Positions 63,101-64,000 of a stretch of 64,000 nt of DNA are shown here, in pieces. The translations under genes and the position numbers were made by a program. Source of the DNA: Guillardia theta CCMP2712 (taxonomy: Eukaryota > Protista > Cryptophyta); contig NW_005434656.1 in assembly GCF_000315625.1 (NCBI RefSeq), forward strand, positions 541,741 through 605,740, in the 5' to 3' direction. Under the pieces are notes generated by a model. The model had not been told where the DNA came from, ran no database searches, and saw nothing but the letters and a program-made list of their open reading frames with translations. Each line of letters starts with the position of its first letter. Position 1 is the first letter of the stretch.

Positions 63101-64000
63101 GATTCACATAGGCGAGCCGGACGTTTGATCGGTCCAAGTCACCCTTGAGTTGCTTGTACTGTGCCAGGAAGTAATTCCTAGAGACAAGCCCGACCGCCAT
63201 GTCGTGATCGAGCTGATCTATCAGCTTCGTGACCTCGGCTATCGAGGTGTTCAGAGCTCCCTGCTCCGTCACGAGCGAAAGAGTTTCCTGAGGGTCCTTC
63301 AGGTAACGCCCGTGCGGACATGATGCTGAGCAAGAGACGTCGATGTAAGACGAAAGATCGCACAGGATGGTGAAGTCAGGAGGGTCGTTGACAGGAAGCA
63401 CGTCGATCGTCAGGTTGTGAATGACGGAGACGTCCTGGCCCTCCAGCAAAGTGCCACCGTCATCCTGCAGCAGCACATTTAGCCTTACAATGCCGTTGAG
63501 GTTCCTCTTCAACGAGAACGACAACGTCCCGTTGCTAGACAGATGCGGCTGTGTTAGGAACACCAACGACTCTGGAAAGACCTGAAAGGTCAAGAGCTGC
63601 CCTTCCTCTGGCCAGTTTTCACCCTTTGGACCGAAGGAAATGTTGGGCCCTGGTAGGATGTCCACAGCAAAGGAGGAGAGGGACTGCAAGGCGCCATCGA
63701 AGTAGACGGTCTCGTTGATGCTGACCAGCGCGTCTTCGAAACGGAACGAGGGGGCAACATTGACGTGGACGATCTCGATGTGCAATACGAACTGCTTCAT
63801 CCCGGAGAAGGTGTAGTTGTTGACGGCATCGAACTCTGCCGCCTCTTCGATGGTGAAGACGATGGAGGTGTTGCCAAACACGTTTGCCCTCGGTTTGAAA
63901 TGAATGATGTTCCGCTCGATCGTTGGAATGTCCTCGAAGTAGGAGCTTTCGTAGGAAAAGTTCTTGAAGATCGGAATGCGTGGAGGGATGTCCGACGTCG
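45509..64000 (-). CDS. Giant multidomain extracellular/adhesin-like protein, 5'-partial (roughly 5000 aa visible)
   Basis: Exons of 3.4, 3.3 and 3.7 kb plus many small ones. It carries repeated cadherin/Ig-like units (DDGG...VxPVNxPPxF...GPxxExxQxLxF...PxIxxxGxLxF), LamG-like, EAR/EPTP-like and lactonase-like propeller blades, IPT/TIG and a C-terminal propeller, with many NxS/T sites. It ends EQGDNFEWNYTLGVGGPASASCSL*. Confidence 0.8.
47300..47545 (-). other. IPT/TIG domain within the giant protein
   Basis: PRVSSISPAFGPRSGGTWITISGQSF...VLVGGADCPVLSWSVNRIVCITPPG. Confidence 0.85.
47707..47810. repeat. (GGA)n tract, about 34 copies, intronic
   Basis: Seen directly; sits between a minus-strand GT donor (~47820) and AG acceptor (~47665). 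Confidence 0.9.
53670..54160 (-). other. LamG/concanavalin-like (pentraxin-type) domain within the giant protein
   Basis: VSIELWF...GEWKHLVCSYDSKFLQIFLDG...FSIG...GAIKSLRVFSRSLSAEQVRYLY. Confidence 0.85.
59454..60085. repeat. 632-bp near-identical direct repeat (partner 61522-62153)
   Basis: Offset 2068 bp; two mismatches noticed (FPSAG vs FPLAG, and a synonymous Arg codon). Confidence 0.95.
61522..62153. repeat. 632-bp near-identical direct repeat (partner 59454-60085)
   Basis: Encodes GSDSESDQNITF...ESPFML in both large exons. Confidence 0.95.

Overview
Eukaryotic, gene-dense, GC-rich DNA with many ~45-60 nt spliceosomal introns, microsatellite-filled introns and three 100-N scaffold gaps. 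The style, a bipartite-looking signal/transit peptide and a flagellar gene suggest a cryptophyte-type alga such as Guillardia theta (inference). About 14 genes are present: a P/Q-rich hypothetical, PPPDE/DeSI peptidase, Zn-ribbon SDR, coiled-coil+FHA protein, 3xRRM protein, proline iminopeptidase, coiled-coil protein, ODA docking-complex DC1-like, collagen-like membrane protein, C2H2 zinc-finger protein, multi-TPR protein, a 12-TM protein with two RelA/SpoT-like domains, a K/E-rich protein and a giant (>18 kb, 5'-truncated) adhesin-like protein. The best candidate for an undescribed system is the gene at 34484-38362 (-). It has the layout [6TM]-[RelA/SpoT-like synthetase]-[6TM + extracellular domain]-[RelA/SpoT-like synthetase], i.e. 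transmembrane adenylyl-cyclase topology built on alarmone-synthetase-like domains, one intact and one degenerate. That gene and the adhesin each carry a near-identical internal DNA tract about 2.1 kb from its twin, inside otherwise diverged repeats. Exon structures were reconstructed by eye and gene ends are approximate.
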